In this document: one piece after another, positions 34,214 through 44,407 of the stretch
Position numbering within the stretch: the first letter of the stretch is position 1
Layout: each line of letters opens with the position of its first letter
Origin: Blastocatellia bacterium
GTDB taxonomy: Bacteria > Acidobacteriota > Blastocatellia > RBC074
Direction of reading: 5' to 3'
Assembly: GCA_043736395.1 (NCBI GenBank)
Contig: JAYTCQ010000174.1
Location: forward strand, 4,886 to 68,885
DNA: 64,000 nt
The notes under the pieces: model-generated
What the model was told of the DNA's origin: nothing
The model's input: the letters and a program-made list of their open reading frames with translations, nothing else
The model's database searches: none
Program-made: the position numbers and the translations under genes

Positions 34214-35440
34214 CTAAAAATTCGTTTTGCGGTATTGATCGGCTACCGCATTTAGTGACGGATTTATCAAATCCGATGAATTCGCCTGACGATAAAACTG
34301 TTCCAATTTCTGTTGATATGTCGCGACGGAAAACTCCCTGTATATTTGTTGGCGCGCTGCCGAGCCTAATCGTTTGCGTAACAATTTATCCTGACTCAAT
34401 TTGATGATCGCGGCGGCCAACGCCTCGTCATTGCTGACAGGCACCAGCCAGCCATTCAACGCGTGATGAATCATTTCTGGATTACCTCCCACTGCGGTGG
34501 CGATGACGGGCAACTCGCTTGCCATCCCTTCCAACACAACCAGCCCGCAAGGTTCCGCCAATGAATTCACTACTAATAAATCCAGTGCTTGCATCACCGC
34601 CGGAACATCACGCCGTCCGCCTAAAAAACGAACGGCTGCTGCAATTTCTAATTTTTCAGACATTTGTCTTAAGAGCTGAAAATACTTTTCATCAGAGGCA
34701 TTGAATTGTGGTTCGCCAACAATTAATAAAATTGCCTTGGGAAATTCTTGGACGACGCGCTTAAAAGCATGGAGCAATCCAAGCTGCCCTTTGCGCTCAG
34801 TGATTTGTCCGATGATCCCGATTACTGGTACGTCCCGATTAATTGCTAATTCGGAACGGATGCCGAAACGTTTTTTTTCATCAGGCTGAAACTTTTCCGT
34901 ATCAGCACAGTTAAGAATTGTTTTGATCGGAACGCGCTCATAAAACGGATGCAATAAAATTCCGCGAAATCTGTTGGCTGTCGCCTGTGAAACTGCTAAA
35001 AGTTTGATTCGTGACGAAGCCAGTAAAACAAAGAGCCGAATCGCAGTACTAATCGGATGATGCGGTAATAAATCATGCAGATGCCAAATGACAGGAACCT
35101 TTAATCCGACTGTTGCCGCTGTGATAACTAATCCGGCACGAATACTGTTGGCATGAATCAGATCAGGATTTATTGTTTTTATTTGTGAACGAACACTGCG
35201 CATGACGTGCCAAAACGAAATCAAATACTGCACCATTAGGTCTAATCGCCAGGTAAATCTTGCCTCCAGTTTTTTGACTTCAAGGCACGGGATTTTTTGT
35301 GCTTCAACTTGCCGTTTCAGGTCGCCAGCCGGACACATCACAATGCTCTGAAATTCAGAGTTAAGCTGCGATAAAATCAGTAAAAGCACCCGTTCTGCTC
35401 CACTGACGATATCCGTATGGTTGTAAAAAAGTATTTTCAT
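34214..35440 (-). CDS. GT4 family glycosyltransferase
   Basis: Start chosen at MKILFYNHTDIVSGAERV, the GT4 N-terminus. C-terminal retaining-GT motif EPCGLVVLEGMASELPVIATAVGGNPEMI (E..G....E.MA.G.PV). Confidence 0.75.
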   Translation of the reverse strand: MKILFYNHTDIVSGAERVLLLILSQLNSEFQSIVMCPAGDLKRQVEAQKIPCLEVKKLEARFTWRLDLMVQYLISFWHVMRSVRSQIKTINPDLIHANSIRAGLVITAATVGLKVPVIWHLHDLLPHHPISTAIRLFVLLASSRIKLLAVSQATANRFRGILLHPFYERVPIKTILNCADTEKFQPDEKKRFGIRSELAINRDVPVIGIIGQITERKGQLGLLHAFKRVVQEFPKAILLIVGEPQFNASDEKYFQLLRQMSEKLEIAAAVRFLGGRRDVPAVMQALDLLVVNSLAEPCGLVVLEGMASELPVIATAVGGNPEMIHHALNGWLVPVSNDEALAAAIIKLSQDKLLRKRLGSAARQQIYREFSVATYQQKLEQFYRQANSSDLINPSLNAVADQYRKTNF

Positions 35441-35456
35441 TTCCCTTTTATCTTTC

Positions 35457-36974
35457 TCAGAATTCATGTGATAGCTCACCTGCCAGTTGCTGTTCATCGC
35501 GCGCGGATTCTGAACAAATCCAACCAATCACCATCCAGGCGATAGGTGCGGCTGAATAAATCATAAAAGTCAGTCCGAAAATGCTATTCAGAATCAGCAT
35601 GGAGATGATCGCTGCTGCGATGCGACGCACTGTAGCTATGTGGCTTCCCGAGGCAGCGCTTTTAAAAATCCTTACTCCAATCCATTGAATTCGCACCAGA
35701 ATCCCAACAAATAACAATGCTACTGGAAGGCTACAGCCAACCAGCAGGACAACCACAAAACTGTCTATCGGGTAAAAATCGCTGGTAATACTCGTATAGC
35801 GGGCTGCTGCTACTGTTCCTGCACTAATTCCTGCACCCAGTGGATGAGCGGGAATATATTTGGTGATAAGTACTCCCCAGATTTTGAATCGCTCATCCAG
35901 GCTACCTTCTTTCGTTGGTTGTAAAGTTCCACGCGCTGTATGCGAAAGCATAGTTCCGAATTTATCGTCTTTATCTTTTTCCCACATTTCCTGCGCTGAT
36001 GGCGGCTTCGCAATCACTAGTAGAAGTACTAATGAAAGTCCCATCATCCCGCAACGTTTGATAACTCCGGTCCAATTTTCAGCCCCTACTAAAATAAAAA
36101 CTCCTACTCCGGCCACCAGCCCGAAAATTGCTGTTCGTTGTCCTGTAATAATAAGTACCGAGCTTAACCCTAGGAAACACATGACCCAGCCCAAACGCCG
36201 TACTAACTGTTTTGCTCCGAACGCAAAACCAAACGCAATCAAAGCACCAAATTGAACATACCGCCCCCATTCTTCCGCGCTATTGAAAGTTGCTAACGAG
36301 CGTTGAATATGGCCTACGGCAATGGATTCATAATGGTCTGTGTGATTTACCCAATACTGCTCAAAGCTGGGGAAACCAAAAACTAATTGGTAGGCTCCAT
36401 GCAAAGAACAAATCAATCCCATCACTACAATCAGGCGGAAAGCGGTGCTCAAAAAAGCTGGCTTCATCGCACGCCCGAAATAAAACCAGGCTACCGGCAA
36501 CAAAATGAAGAAGGCTCCCGACATGCCAACAAACACTCCACCCTGAAATGGATTGAAGATTTGAATAAAGAAGCATGCTGCCAGAATTGAAACGGGTAGC
36601 CCTAACGGCTTCGTCATGAAAATCTGTTCACGCCTCTTCCACAGTAGAATCGTAAAGGCCAAAACGGTTAGTAATGGCGTCACCAAATGAATGGGATCAG
36701 TAGTCGTGTATTCGACGAAAATGAACTGCGCGCGCCGCAAAAAACCACGCATCGGCTCAAAAATCAGCATTGCCAAAAGGCCTGCTTCAAGACTGGAGAG
36801 TAATGGCAATGCCATTAACCATAGTGCTCCGCTCAGCATCAGACTGCGTAATAAACCACCCCCACTAACAACAGCTAACGCCGTCGCGGCTGAGAGGGCA
36901 GGCAAAGGGCCCAGCCACATCAACCACGAACGGCGAAAAGCGGTTATCCTTGATTGTTCTTTGGCTCCAATCAT
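35457..36974 (-). CDS. O-antigen ligase / Wzy polymerase-like polytopic membrane protein
   Basis: 505 aa with >=10 hydrophobic helices. A large periplasmic-type loop (EMWEKDKDDKFGTMLSHTARGTLQPTKEGSLDERFKIWG) precedes the C-terminal helices, as in the Wzy_C/O-antigen ligase family. Assigned mainly by topology and context. Confidence 0.5.
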   Translation of the reverse strand: MIGAKEQSRITAFRRSWLMWLGPLPALSAATALAVVSGGGLLRSLMLSGALWLMALPLLSSLEAGLLAMLIFEPMRGFLRRAQFIFVEYTTTDPIHLVTPLLTVLAFTILLWKRREQIFMTKPLGLPVSILAACFFIQIFNPFQGGVFVGMSGAFFILLPVAWFYFGRAMKPAFLSTAFRLIVVMGLICSLHGAYQLVFGFPSFEQYWVNHTDHYESIAVGHIQRSLATFNSAEEWGRYVQFGALIAFGFAFGAKQLVRRLGWVMCFLGLSSVLIITGQRTAIFGLVAGVGVFILVGAENWTGVIKRCGMMGLSLVLLLVIAKPPSAQEMWEKDKDDKFGTMLSHTARGTLQPTKEGSLDERFKIWGVLITKYIPAHPLGAGISAGTVAAARYTSITSDFYPIDSFVVVLLVGCSLPVALLFVGILVRIQWIGVRIFKSAASGSHIATVRRIAAAIISMLILNSIFGLTFMIYSAAPIAWMVIGWICSESARDEQQLAGELSHEF

Positions 36975-36992
36975 TACATTTTCAACTCGGCC

Positions 36993-39900
36993 TTACTGCG
37001 AATAAAGCTGGCTTCTTGGAATTACCTCCCTCGCTTGATTCGGGCTTGACCATTCAAGTTTGACCGAAGCCGTTTTATCTTTTTCTACAAACTCCAATTT
37101 AATGGTGTATTTTTGCCCACCGTTGAGCGTGACAGCACCGCGACTTTCTGTCAGATCACTTCCGCTTCGGTTGATGATTAGTTGACCATTGATCCAAAGC
37201 CGCACTGTGTCTGCCGTCGTCACATAGAAAGTTTGCGTGCCTGAAAAACGAGGCTGGACAAAACCTGTCCACCTGATGGAAAAGTGGTCTTTGTCTAAGG
37301 CTGCATCGGGTTTTTCTTTGCCCCAATCGAAATCAATGAAGGGGTCAATGCGCGTCAACTTTAATTCTTTGAATTCTTCTTTCTTGAAATATTCTCCCTT
37401 CAATCCAGTTCCCGTTCCATTAACAGGCTTGATAACATTTACTTGAACCGCGCTTGAATTCGTGACCGCGCCGCTATTGTCATAAGCTCTCGCCGTAAAC
37501 GAATAGGCTCCAGCTGATCCCAGACTTACTGTATATTCATAAGGAGCGCTTTGATCCGAATTTATTAATGATCCGCCTTGATAAAATTCAACTTTACTAA
37601 TCGTACCGTCTGAATCCGATGCGTTTGCGCGCAGCGTGACAGCAGTCGGCGCAGTCACCGTTGCATTGTTGGCAGGCGCAGTCAGGGTGACTGTCGGAGG
37701 ACGATTTGCTGCGGTGGTATTTACCTTCACATTATCAATCACTGCCTTACATAGGACTGTGTTATTGGCAGCTGTCACAGCAATTCCAAATAAAACCGAG
37801 GACGGCATGTTTACTGTGACCGTCTCTATTAACAGCCAGTTCGTACCATCAGCCGATTGATACGTACTAAACTGATTGCCTCGTCGCACAATGCGTTGCC
37901 AACGCTGCAAAATTTGCGCATCTCCCAAGCTCGTGATCGTAGCCTCGCCAGGATTGGCGCGTCGTAAGGAGGCTGAATGCTCGTTCGATTTATACCGAAC
38001 CATGACATATCGTGAATTCGCCGCCAGACTCTCTCGAATCATGACACCGGCTTTGGCTTCGACTGCTGTGTTTTGAATGCTGGCAACACGCGCCACAATC
38101 TGCCCATCGCCTTGCAAAGTTTGATAGACATAATTGAAGCTGTCACTCGTCCCGCCAATATCCGTCCCGGAACCTTGCAAAGTGAAACTTCCATTGGAAA
38201 AACTATCAATTCCAACTTTTCCAACACTGCCGACATCCTTTCCTAGCCAGGGTACAGGCAATGTTGTAACGGGTGGCGGAGCGGAACTTTCAGGGATGAC
38301 GTTCACCCGTTTGGTGTCGGTCAATCCGGCACTATCAGTAACGGTCAGTACGATTTCATAAAAGAAGGTCTCACCCACTGAGCCATGATCTTCAACGACA
38401 AAACTGCCGCTGGTTCCGGTTGCCGTAACGCCGGGATGAATATGTTCATTGTGATGCAACAACACTGACCATTTCATGGCACTGGCAGGCAATGTCTCGT
38501 CGGCATCCGAAGCGGTTCCCGTGAACGTTAATTGCGTCCCGGTTTTGATGCGGGCATTGTTGGCGGGTGCGGTGATCGTGGCAACCGGCAGCCGCCCGCC
38601 AACCACTACGTCAATCGTGCTGATACCGGTAAGTCCTTGCGAGTTCGTAACAGTTAACTTCACAGAAAAAGTCTTAACGCCTGTCCCGCTGTAGGTATGT
38701 GTTGGGTTGGCAGTAGTCGAATTGGAACCATCGCCAAAATCCCATAGATAGGTTAAAGCGCTGCCATTGGGATCACTTGACCCAAGACTTGAAAACGCAA
38801 CGGTGTAAGGAGCAGACGGTGAAGGGCGCGAGGCCGTCGCATTCGCCGCTGGAGCTGAACCGCTGAAGCGAATACGTTTGATTTCGCCTGTTGCGATCGA
38901 CAGATAATACAAAGAACCATCTGGTCCTTGCTCGATATGCACAGGCGAATCCACACCTGTCGCAAGCGATTCCACGCTCGTAATATTATTGTTCGCATCA
39001 AACACAGCACGGCGAATGAAGCCTTGTACAAAATCACCAAAGAATAAATTATTGCGAAACTTGGTGGGATATTTTGTGCCCGTATAAAATGGCCCCATCA
39101 CGATGGATGACCCGCCATTCCAGGGATAACTATAGAGCGGCGGCGTCACGGAACTGGCCGGGATTTGGGCGCAACGTTGCGGAAATGCATTTTGGAAAGT
39201 GAATTGAGGATTCGGCCCTTCATAGCATGGCCAGCCAAAATTCGCGCCACGCCCGCGATTGATTTCTTCAAATTTTGCCGCCCCGACATCACCGATGTAG
39301 ACTTCACTGGTTCCGGGTTTGTTCGTGAAACGAAAGGGGCTGCGCAGTCCGTAGGCATAGACTTTCGACCGTACTGAGTTCGGATTGCCATCGTAAAATG
39401 GATTGTCACTCGGCGCAGTGCCATCGGGATTGATCCGCAGAATTTTGCCGTTGTAGTAATTTAAATCCTGAGAACGAAACGATTGTTCTGTCGCCGCGCT
39501 GAACGATGCGCCATCGCCCATTCCCACGTAAATTTTTCCATCCAACCCGAAGCGTACGGTGCCAACCGTATGAGCACCGGAGTCTGATCCCATACAATCA
39601 GAACCAACCGGAGAATTGCTGCAAGGCGGCGTACTGATCTTACCCATTAAAATAACTTCGCTATTCGCCTGTGCAAGATCAGGATTATTAAGATCAGCTT
39701 TCACACGTGTGAGCCGGGCGGTCTTAGCGCCAACACCAGGAGTTGCTCCGTCTTCGAAGGTATACAACAAATAAACAAATCCGTTCGTCGCAAAATTCGG
39801 ATCAAGTGCCAACCCAATCAGACCGCTGTCAACGCCCGAATAAACGCGCGCGCGAATGTCAAGAAAGGGAGTTGTTAACAACACACCATTTTTGACAATG

Positions 39901-40106
39901 CGAACGACTCCTGGCTTTTCCCATAAAAAGATTCTGCCGTCCGGTGCAAATGCAAAGCCGACGGTATTGAAGCGTGTTACCTGAGCAACGGTTTCCGTCG
40001 AAAACCCTGCATCCGTAAACGTCTGGGCGTAAATTCGCTCCCCCATGAAAACAAGCAACATTACCGCCACGCACAATGCAGTGGCTGGGGCTTTTCGTAG
40101 CTTCAT
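36993..40106 (-). CDS. giant secreted protein: N-terminal glucose/sorbosone-dehydrogenase-like beta-propeller, PKD/Ig-like domains, C-terminal PA14 domain
   Basis: Signal peptide. Propeller segments (GFAFAPDGRIFLWEKPGVVRIV, LIGLALDPNFATNGFVYLLYT, GPDGSLYYLS). PKD domain (LTYLWDFGDGSNSTTANPTHTYSGTGVKTFSVKLTVTNSQG). Further Ig-like repeats (VTLTAPANNATV). PA14-like C-terminus (GLKGEYFKKEEFKELKLTRIDPFIDFDWG..FSIRWTGFVQPRFSGTQTFYVTTADTVRLWINGQLII). Confidence 0.7.
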   Translation of the reverse strand: MKLRKAPATALCVAVMLLVFMGERIYAQTFTDAGFSTETVAQVTRFNTVGFAFAPDGRIFLWEKPGVVRIVKNGVLLTTPFLDIRARVYSGVDSGLIGLALDPNFATNGFVYLLYTFEDGATPGVGAKTARLTRVKADLNNPDLAQANSEVILMGKISTPPCSNSPVGSDCMGSDSGAHTVGTVRFGLDGKIYVGMGDGASFSAATEQSFRSQDLNYYNGKILRINPDGTAPSDNPFYDGNPNSVRSKVYAYGLRSPFRFTNKPGTSEVYIGDVGAAKFEEINRGRGANFGWPCYEGPNPQFTFQNAFPQRCAQIPASSVTPPLYSYPWNGGSSIVMGPFYTGTKYPTKFRNNLFFGDFVQGFIRRAVFDANNNITSVESLATGVDSPVHIEQGPDGSLYYLSIATGEIKRIRFSGSAPAANATASRPSPSAPYTVAFSSLGSSDPNGSALTYLWDFGDGSNSTTANPTHTYSGTGVKTFSVKLTVTNSQGLTGISTIDVVVGGRLPVATITAPANNARIKTGTQLTFTGTASDADETLPASAMKWSVLLHHNEHIHPGVTATGTSGSFVVEDHGSVGETFFYEIVLTVTDSAGLTDTKRVNVIPESSAPPPVTTLPVPWLGKDVGSVGKVGIDSFSNGSFTLQGSGTDIGGTSDSFNYVYQTLQGDGQIVARVASIQNTAVEAKAGVMIRESLAANSRYVMVRYKSNEHSASLRRANPGEATITSLGDAQILQRWQRIVRRGNQFSTYQSADGTNWLLIETVTVNMPSSVLFGIAVTAANNTVLCKAVIDNVKVNTTAANRPPTVTLTAPANNATVTAPTAVTLRANASDSDGTISKVEFYQGGSLINSDQSAPYEYTVSLGSAGAYSFTARAYDNSGAVTNSSAVQVNVIKPVNGTGTGLKGEYFKKEEFKELKLTRIDPFIDFDWGKEKPDAALDKDHFSIRWTGFVQPRFSGTQTFYVTTADTVRLWINGQLIINRSGSDLTESRGAVTLNGGQKYTIKLEFVEKDKTASVKLEWSSPNQAREVIPRSQLYSQ

Positions 40107-40237
40107 TTTTTCTCCTGTGTGTGAGTGCAGTATTTGTTGAGCGACCTGCCAGATCGCTTCTATATTTTTTCTAACTAAAATTGAAAGTTAGAATTTGTCA
40201 TCCGCTTCTGCACTTTTCGCGGACAATCAAAAACTTT

Positions 40238-41671
40238 TTAAGTAGCACCTCTTCCCGTCAAAACAGCAGGAATCGTGCGAAGTAAAATCCGAAAATCGAG
40301 TCCCAGCGACCAACGATCAATATATTCAAGATCAAGCAGCATCCATTCCTTAAAACTTAAATTGCTGCGACCGGAAACCTGCCATAAACACGTAATTCCC
40401 GGCTTGACACTGAAGCGTCTTTTTTGCCACGCAGCATTCAGTCCAAGCGCATCGCGCATCGAAAGCGGACGCGGCCCGACTAAGCTCATGTCTCCCAGCA
40501 CGACATTAATGAGCTGTGGTAATTCGTCTAAACTGGTTTTTCTGAGCCAGCGCCCTAAAGTTGTAATTCGGGGGTCGTACTTGATCTTGAAAATCGGGCC
40601 TTCTTTTTCATTGAGGTGCTCAATCTCCTGCATCCGCGCTTCTGCGTCTACCACCATTGTGCGGAATTTGAAGAGTTGAAAACGACGCTTGTTATATCCC
40701 ATCCGTTCTTGAATAAAGAAGACCGGCCCCTTCGAATCCAATTTGATGGCAATCGCAATCAGCGCAAATAATGGAGCGCATGGAATCAATAAAAATAGTG
40801 CTGCCAGCAGGTCAAAGATTCGTTTGGCTTCCGTTCTCCATCCCAGCGCCGGAGTGGAATGTAAGGAGATAAAATTCATTCCCTGCAACCGCGCCGGACG
40901 CGAAAAAGCGAGTTGCTGCGGAAATAAATCTGACAGCAAATGTGTCGTGATTCCCTGCTCTTCCAGTTGCAGAATAGCGTCTTCGATTTGGGCATATTGA
41001 GATTTTATGGGGAGCGCGAGGACGACTTCATCTACGACTTCGGTGGCAATGATTCCGGTCAAATCTTCAAGCTTGCCAATTCTGCGGAGTTCTGGAAGTG
41101 ACGTATTGATTTCATGATCATCTAAATATCCAAGGACGCGATAACCAAGATCAGGACGCTTCATCAGGCGCTCGACAAATTGCTGTCCGCGTGGGCCGCC
41201 TCCGATCAATAATAAATTTTTGGTGTTATGCCCGCGCCGCCGAAACGAGCGAAAAACGTATTGCTGAATCAGCCTGAAGGCGCAAATGAACACAAAACCA
41301 ACGAGCGCGAACATCCCCGTAACAATCACGGTAACTGTCGGCCAATTACCAACCTGTGCCACGATCAGCAAAGCCGTGGCGCACCAGAAAACCGACAAGG
41401 CAATTTCCATGACTTCTTCGGCTAAAAGATGCAATCGAGTTAATAAATATAGCCCACGGATATTGAACGCCTGATGCCAGATCAATAACAAAAGTCCGAT
41501 CAGGATAGCGTTGGTGACTTTGACACGATCCGTCACGAAGGTGATACCGTAATCAACGTAATCCTGGTTGGAGTAATTTAAGGCGATGGTTAGGCCGAGT
41601 GCTGTGACTAACAACACCAAATCCATAAGCTGAAGGTACAGCAAATAAAGCTTTCGATACGGGGCGGGCAT
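40238..41671 (-). CDS. undecaprenyl-phosphate sugar phosphotransferase (exopolysaccharide priming transferase, WcaJ/EpsB/CpsE-like)
   Basis: N-terminal TM helices. Central NAD-binding-like CoA_binding region (LLLIGGGPRG). C-terminal bacterial sugar transferase domain (DELPQLINVVLGDMSLVGPRP..KPGITCLWQVSGRS). Confidence 0.85.
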   Translation of the reverse strand: MPAPYRKLYLLYLQLMDLVLLVTALGLTIALNYSNQDYVDYGITFVTDRVKVTNAILIGLLLLIWHQAFNIRGLYLLTRLHLLAEEVMEIALSVFWCATALLIVAQVGNWPTVTVIVTGMFALVGFVFICAFRLIQQYVFRSFRRRGHNTKNLLLIGGGPRGQQFVERLMKRPDLGYRVLGYLDDHEINTSLPELRRIGKLEDLTGIIATEVVDEVVLALPIKSQYAQIEDAILQLEEQGITTHLLSDLFPQQLAFSRPARLQGMNFISLHSTPALGWRTEAKRIFDLLAALFLLIPCAPLFALIAIAIKLDSKGPVFFIQERMGYNKRRFQLFKFRTMVVDAEARMQEIEHLNEKEGPIFKIKYDPRITTLGRWLRKTSLDELPQLINVVLGDMSLVGPRPLSMRDALGLNAAWQKRRFSVKPGITCLWQVSGRSNLSFKEWMLLDLEYIDRWSLGLDFRILLRTIPAVLTGRGAT

Positions 41672-41699
41672 AATTTTTTCCAGTAGTATTGGGTGGTCG

Positions 41700-41795
41700 G
41701 TGGTTGGTGGTCAGTAGTCGGTAGAAGGCAGTTGTTTCAAGAACTCTGCCAACCGAACACCGACCACTGATCACCGACCACCGCTTTAGCTCAGA
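41700..41795. repeat. long imperfect inverted repeat (GGTGGTCGG-type units) in the intercistronic gap of the minus-strand EPS operon
   Basis: gggtggtcggtggttggtggtcagtagtcggtagaaggcag .. ctctgccaaccgaacaccgaccactgatcaccgaccaccgc form two ~40-nt arms. About 30/40 positions are complementary around a ttgtttcaagaa loop. It lies between the PCP gene stop and the sugar-transferase start. Confidence 0.5.
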
Positions 41796-41797
41796 CT

Positions 41798-43312
41798 TTA
41801 ATTACTAACCCGGGTAACCAGTCTTGAGACCTTATTTATTGAAACAATCGGCTGGTTTACACGAGCCGTGGGTTGAAAATATTCGACCGTAAAGGCTGTT
41901 ACCAGTCCAAGAATCAATCCGCCAATTAATCCCAGAATCAAATTGAGCGGAACATTTGGACTCGTTGCTTTAAAGGGAACACTCGCTGGTTCTGCGACCC
42001 TCACGTTGATAATTCCTTCTTTATCGAGGGCGGCGGAAACTCGGCTTTCTTCCCCTTTTTTGGAGTACAACTGATAGGACTGATCTGCCAACTCCCGTTC
42101 GCGATCCAGACGCCGCTGGGCATATCCCTGCACTCCTAATTCACGCACCTTGACCTTCGCCTGAGCCACGGTCCCGATCAGCGCTTTTTCTTTCTCTCGC
42201 AGTGACGCCAACGCGCTACGCTCGGTTGTTAAGGTGTCATTCAAACGCTGACGCAACGGATTCAGGGCAGAAGTTGTTGTTGACTCAGCGGGGGCTTTCT
42301 CTACTGCTTCGATCATCCGACGGGCTTTTTCGATGTCTTTTTCGAGATCAAGAATTAACCGATGCTGGGGCTTATATTTTCCCAGCAGCTCTGAACGTCG
42401 CAGTTCTAAAGTGAACAATTGCGCCCGAATGGCATCAGGAGCTGTTCGATGTGAAATGCGTTCTTCACTCTTCAAGCGTTCAGGTTCATTCGCCAATTGT
42501 TGTTCTAAAGATGAAATGCGGGCTTCGCTTTCAACGATTCCAGTGCGCGTGCTTTCCAGAGCGACTTCGAATTCGTTGAGCTGGCGCATCTGTGTCTCGA
42601 TTTGCTGATTGAGTAACTGTGGATTTGGTAGCGGACTGATTCGTTTTAATTCGGCTTCTTTTTCGTTCAGCGCAGCACGCATCGTTTCCGCTTGCTCCAC
42701 AAAGAAATTTGTAGCTCCGATATTTTCACGCAGTTTAATATGGCGTTCCTGATACAAATCACACAGGGTGTTCACAACTAATGCCGCCTGTTCACGGTTG
42801 TTAGCCTTGTAAGTAATTTTGATGAGATTTGATTTCTTCCCTGGCTCAATCGTTAAATTTTCCTGAAGCTTCGCAAGTGCTAAAGAACTGGCTGTCAGCT
42901 TTTCATCCGCCGGGTCTTTATCGAAGGCAGCGAAGACTGTGCTGCTGCTTTTAGATCCGAAACCTTTATCCAGATGTAGTCGCTTCACAACTTCTGCTTG
43001 TAGTGACGGGCTATTAATAATTTCAACTTCAGAATTCACATCTTCTTCGGTCATTCGCGTATCAGGATGCCCTGTCGCAATAATTTGCTCCGGTGTCACA
43101 GGCGCATCAAAACGTTCTTTCATCACCAAAATAGAAGCTGAAGAACTGTAGATAGGTTTCGTGAACCACGTACCAACCGCAGTTAAGGTAAAAGTCAAAA
43201 TTGCAGCCCCCAGAATCAACCATTTGCGTGCCCAGAGAATATTTCTAAGGTCACGCAAAAGATTTTCTGAATCTAACCAACTGTCTGGTTGTTTTCCTAA
43301 ATGAATACTCAT
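41798..43312 (-). CDS. polysaccharide co-polymerase (PCP/Wzz/GumC family) chain-length determinant
   Basis: N-terminal TM (WLILGAAILTFTLTAVGTWF). Wzz-like periplasmic region with long coiled coils (LNEKEAELKR.., QLANEPERLKSEE..). C-terminal TM (LILGLIGGLILGLVTAF). The 4-bp start/stop overlap with the next gene suggests co-translation. Confidence 0.75.
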   Translation of the reverse strand: MSIHLGKQPDSWLDSENLLRDLRNILWARKWLILGAAILTFTLTAVGTWFTKPIYSSSASILVMKERFDAPVTPEQIIATGHPDTRMTEEDVNSEVEIINSPSLQAEVVKRLHLDKGFGSKSSSTVFAAFDKDPADEKLTASSLALAKLQENLTIEPGKKSNLIKITYKANNREQAALVVNTLCDLYQERHIKLRENIGATNFFVEQAETMRAALNEKEAELKRISPLPNPQLLNQQIETQMRQLNEFEVALESTRTGIVESEARISSLEQQLANEPERLKSEERISHRTAPDAIRAQLFTLELRRSELLGKYKPQHRLILDLEKDIEKARRMIEAVEKAPAESTTTSALNPLRQRLNDTLTTERSALASLREKEKALIGTVAQAKVKVRELGVQGYAQRRLDRERELADQSYQLYSKKGEESRVSAALDKEGIINVRVAEPASVPFKATSPNVPLNLILGLIGGLILGLVTAFTVEYFQPTARVNQPIVSINKVSRLVTRVSN

Positions 43313-44373
43313 GTAATAACCGCTATGAAATTCATCAATCCACGCATCCGCGATTTGACTACAGAAAGAGGTGAAGGAGTAGAACGCGCTTTATTGAGCG
43401 TGACGCCCAGCACATTTGCCTGAGCGCTCCGCAATCTCTGCTGTGCTTCGCCCAGGCTGGCAAACGAAGTAACATTTTCAGTCGCCACGAGAATAACGCC
43501 GTCCACCGCGCCCGCTAATAAGGCTACTTCTGGATGACTGCTGACAGCCGGAGCATAAATCACCACCAAATCAAACATTTTCTCAAGCTCGCTTAATACC
43601 ACTGACGGAGTCCAGTTTTTCAACCAATCGTCAAGCTTGACTGCGCCCAGCGAAGAGGCAATCTCGTAAAGATTTTGTGTTCTTGTTCGTTTGATTCGAA
43701 ACGAATAATCATCTGATAAAACTTTATTTCGGTGTGTTAATGCGCTGGTTTCCGCGACTTCGAGATATGCAATTTTTAATCGCTTATATTCCGAAATTAA
43801 TTGGCTCAGATCAGCCGCTATTGGTTGGGCGCTGACTTCTGGCGCGGCTCCACAAATTAAAACTGAACGAAGCTTTCTTTGCTCTGCTTCAACCATGATG
43901 GTCGCCCGCAATTTCAACAATTGTTCGCGTGCCTCCGGCGACAAAGGCGATGGCTCTGGAGCATCAGCCTGACGAGGAACCGCCAGTTCATTGAATATCC
44001 GGCTGGCGGCTGAAGCTGCATTTTGGCTGGTGCTTTTCACTTGTGAAACTTGTTTCGGAAGAGTTGAATAATTAGCCCGGGTAGGCGATCTTTTCACAGT
44101 CTGTGAAACAATCGAAGTCGGTATGATTTGGCGCGCTTCAGGTTTCAAATTTCCTAAAACCTCAACTAACTCGTCAATTTCCGAAACGGGAAAAGTCTGC
44201 TGCCGCCGCACAGGAAGTACCTTGTTCCACTCCTGCGGTGAAACAGTAATCACTTCCCAATCTCCGGTCACAAAACCATTTTTACGCGCTGATTGTGCGA
44301 CGTTCCGGTGTGATGTATTGGTTGTCACTTGCCACATATTTTTTCTCTTTTCCGGTGCAAAAAACGAATGCAA
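43309..44373 (-). CDS. BY-kinase (Wzc/CpsD cytoplasmic ATPase)-like protein with degenerate Walker A (likely pseudo-kinase)
   Basis: The C-terminal half aligns to the BY-kinase P-loop domain. VLICGAAPEVSAQPIAADLSQLIS is where the G..GKT/S Walker A should be, and the Lys/Thr are absent. Walker A'-like DGVILVAT and Walker B-like DLVVIYAPAV are present. No C-terminal Tyr cluster. Confidence 0.45.
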   Translation of the reverse strand: MHSFFAPEKRKNMWQVTTNTSHRNVAQSARKNGFVTGDWEVITVSPQEWNKVLPVRRQQTFPVSEIDELVEVLGNLKPEARQIIPTSIVSQTVKRSPTRANYSTLPKQVSQVKSTSQNAASAASRIFNELAVPRQADAPEPSPLSPEAREQLLKLRATIMVEAEQRKLRSVLICGAAPEVSAQPIAADLSQLISEYKRLKIAYLEVAETSALTHRNKVLSDDYSFRIKRTRTQNLYEIASSLGAVKLDDWLKNWTPSVVLSELEKMFDLVVIYAPAVSSHPEVALLAGAVDGVILVATENVTSFASLGEAQQRLRSAQANVLGVTLNKARSTPSPLSVVKSRMRGLMNFIAVIT

Positions 44374-44407
44374 ATTTGTTGAATGTCGGACGATTTTTCT
44401 AAATCAC

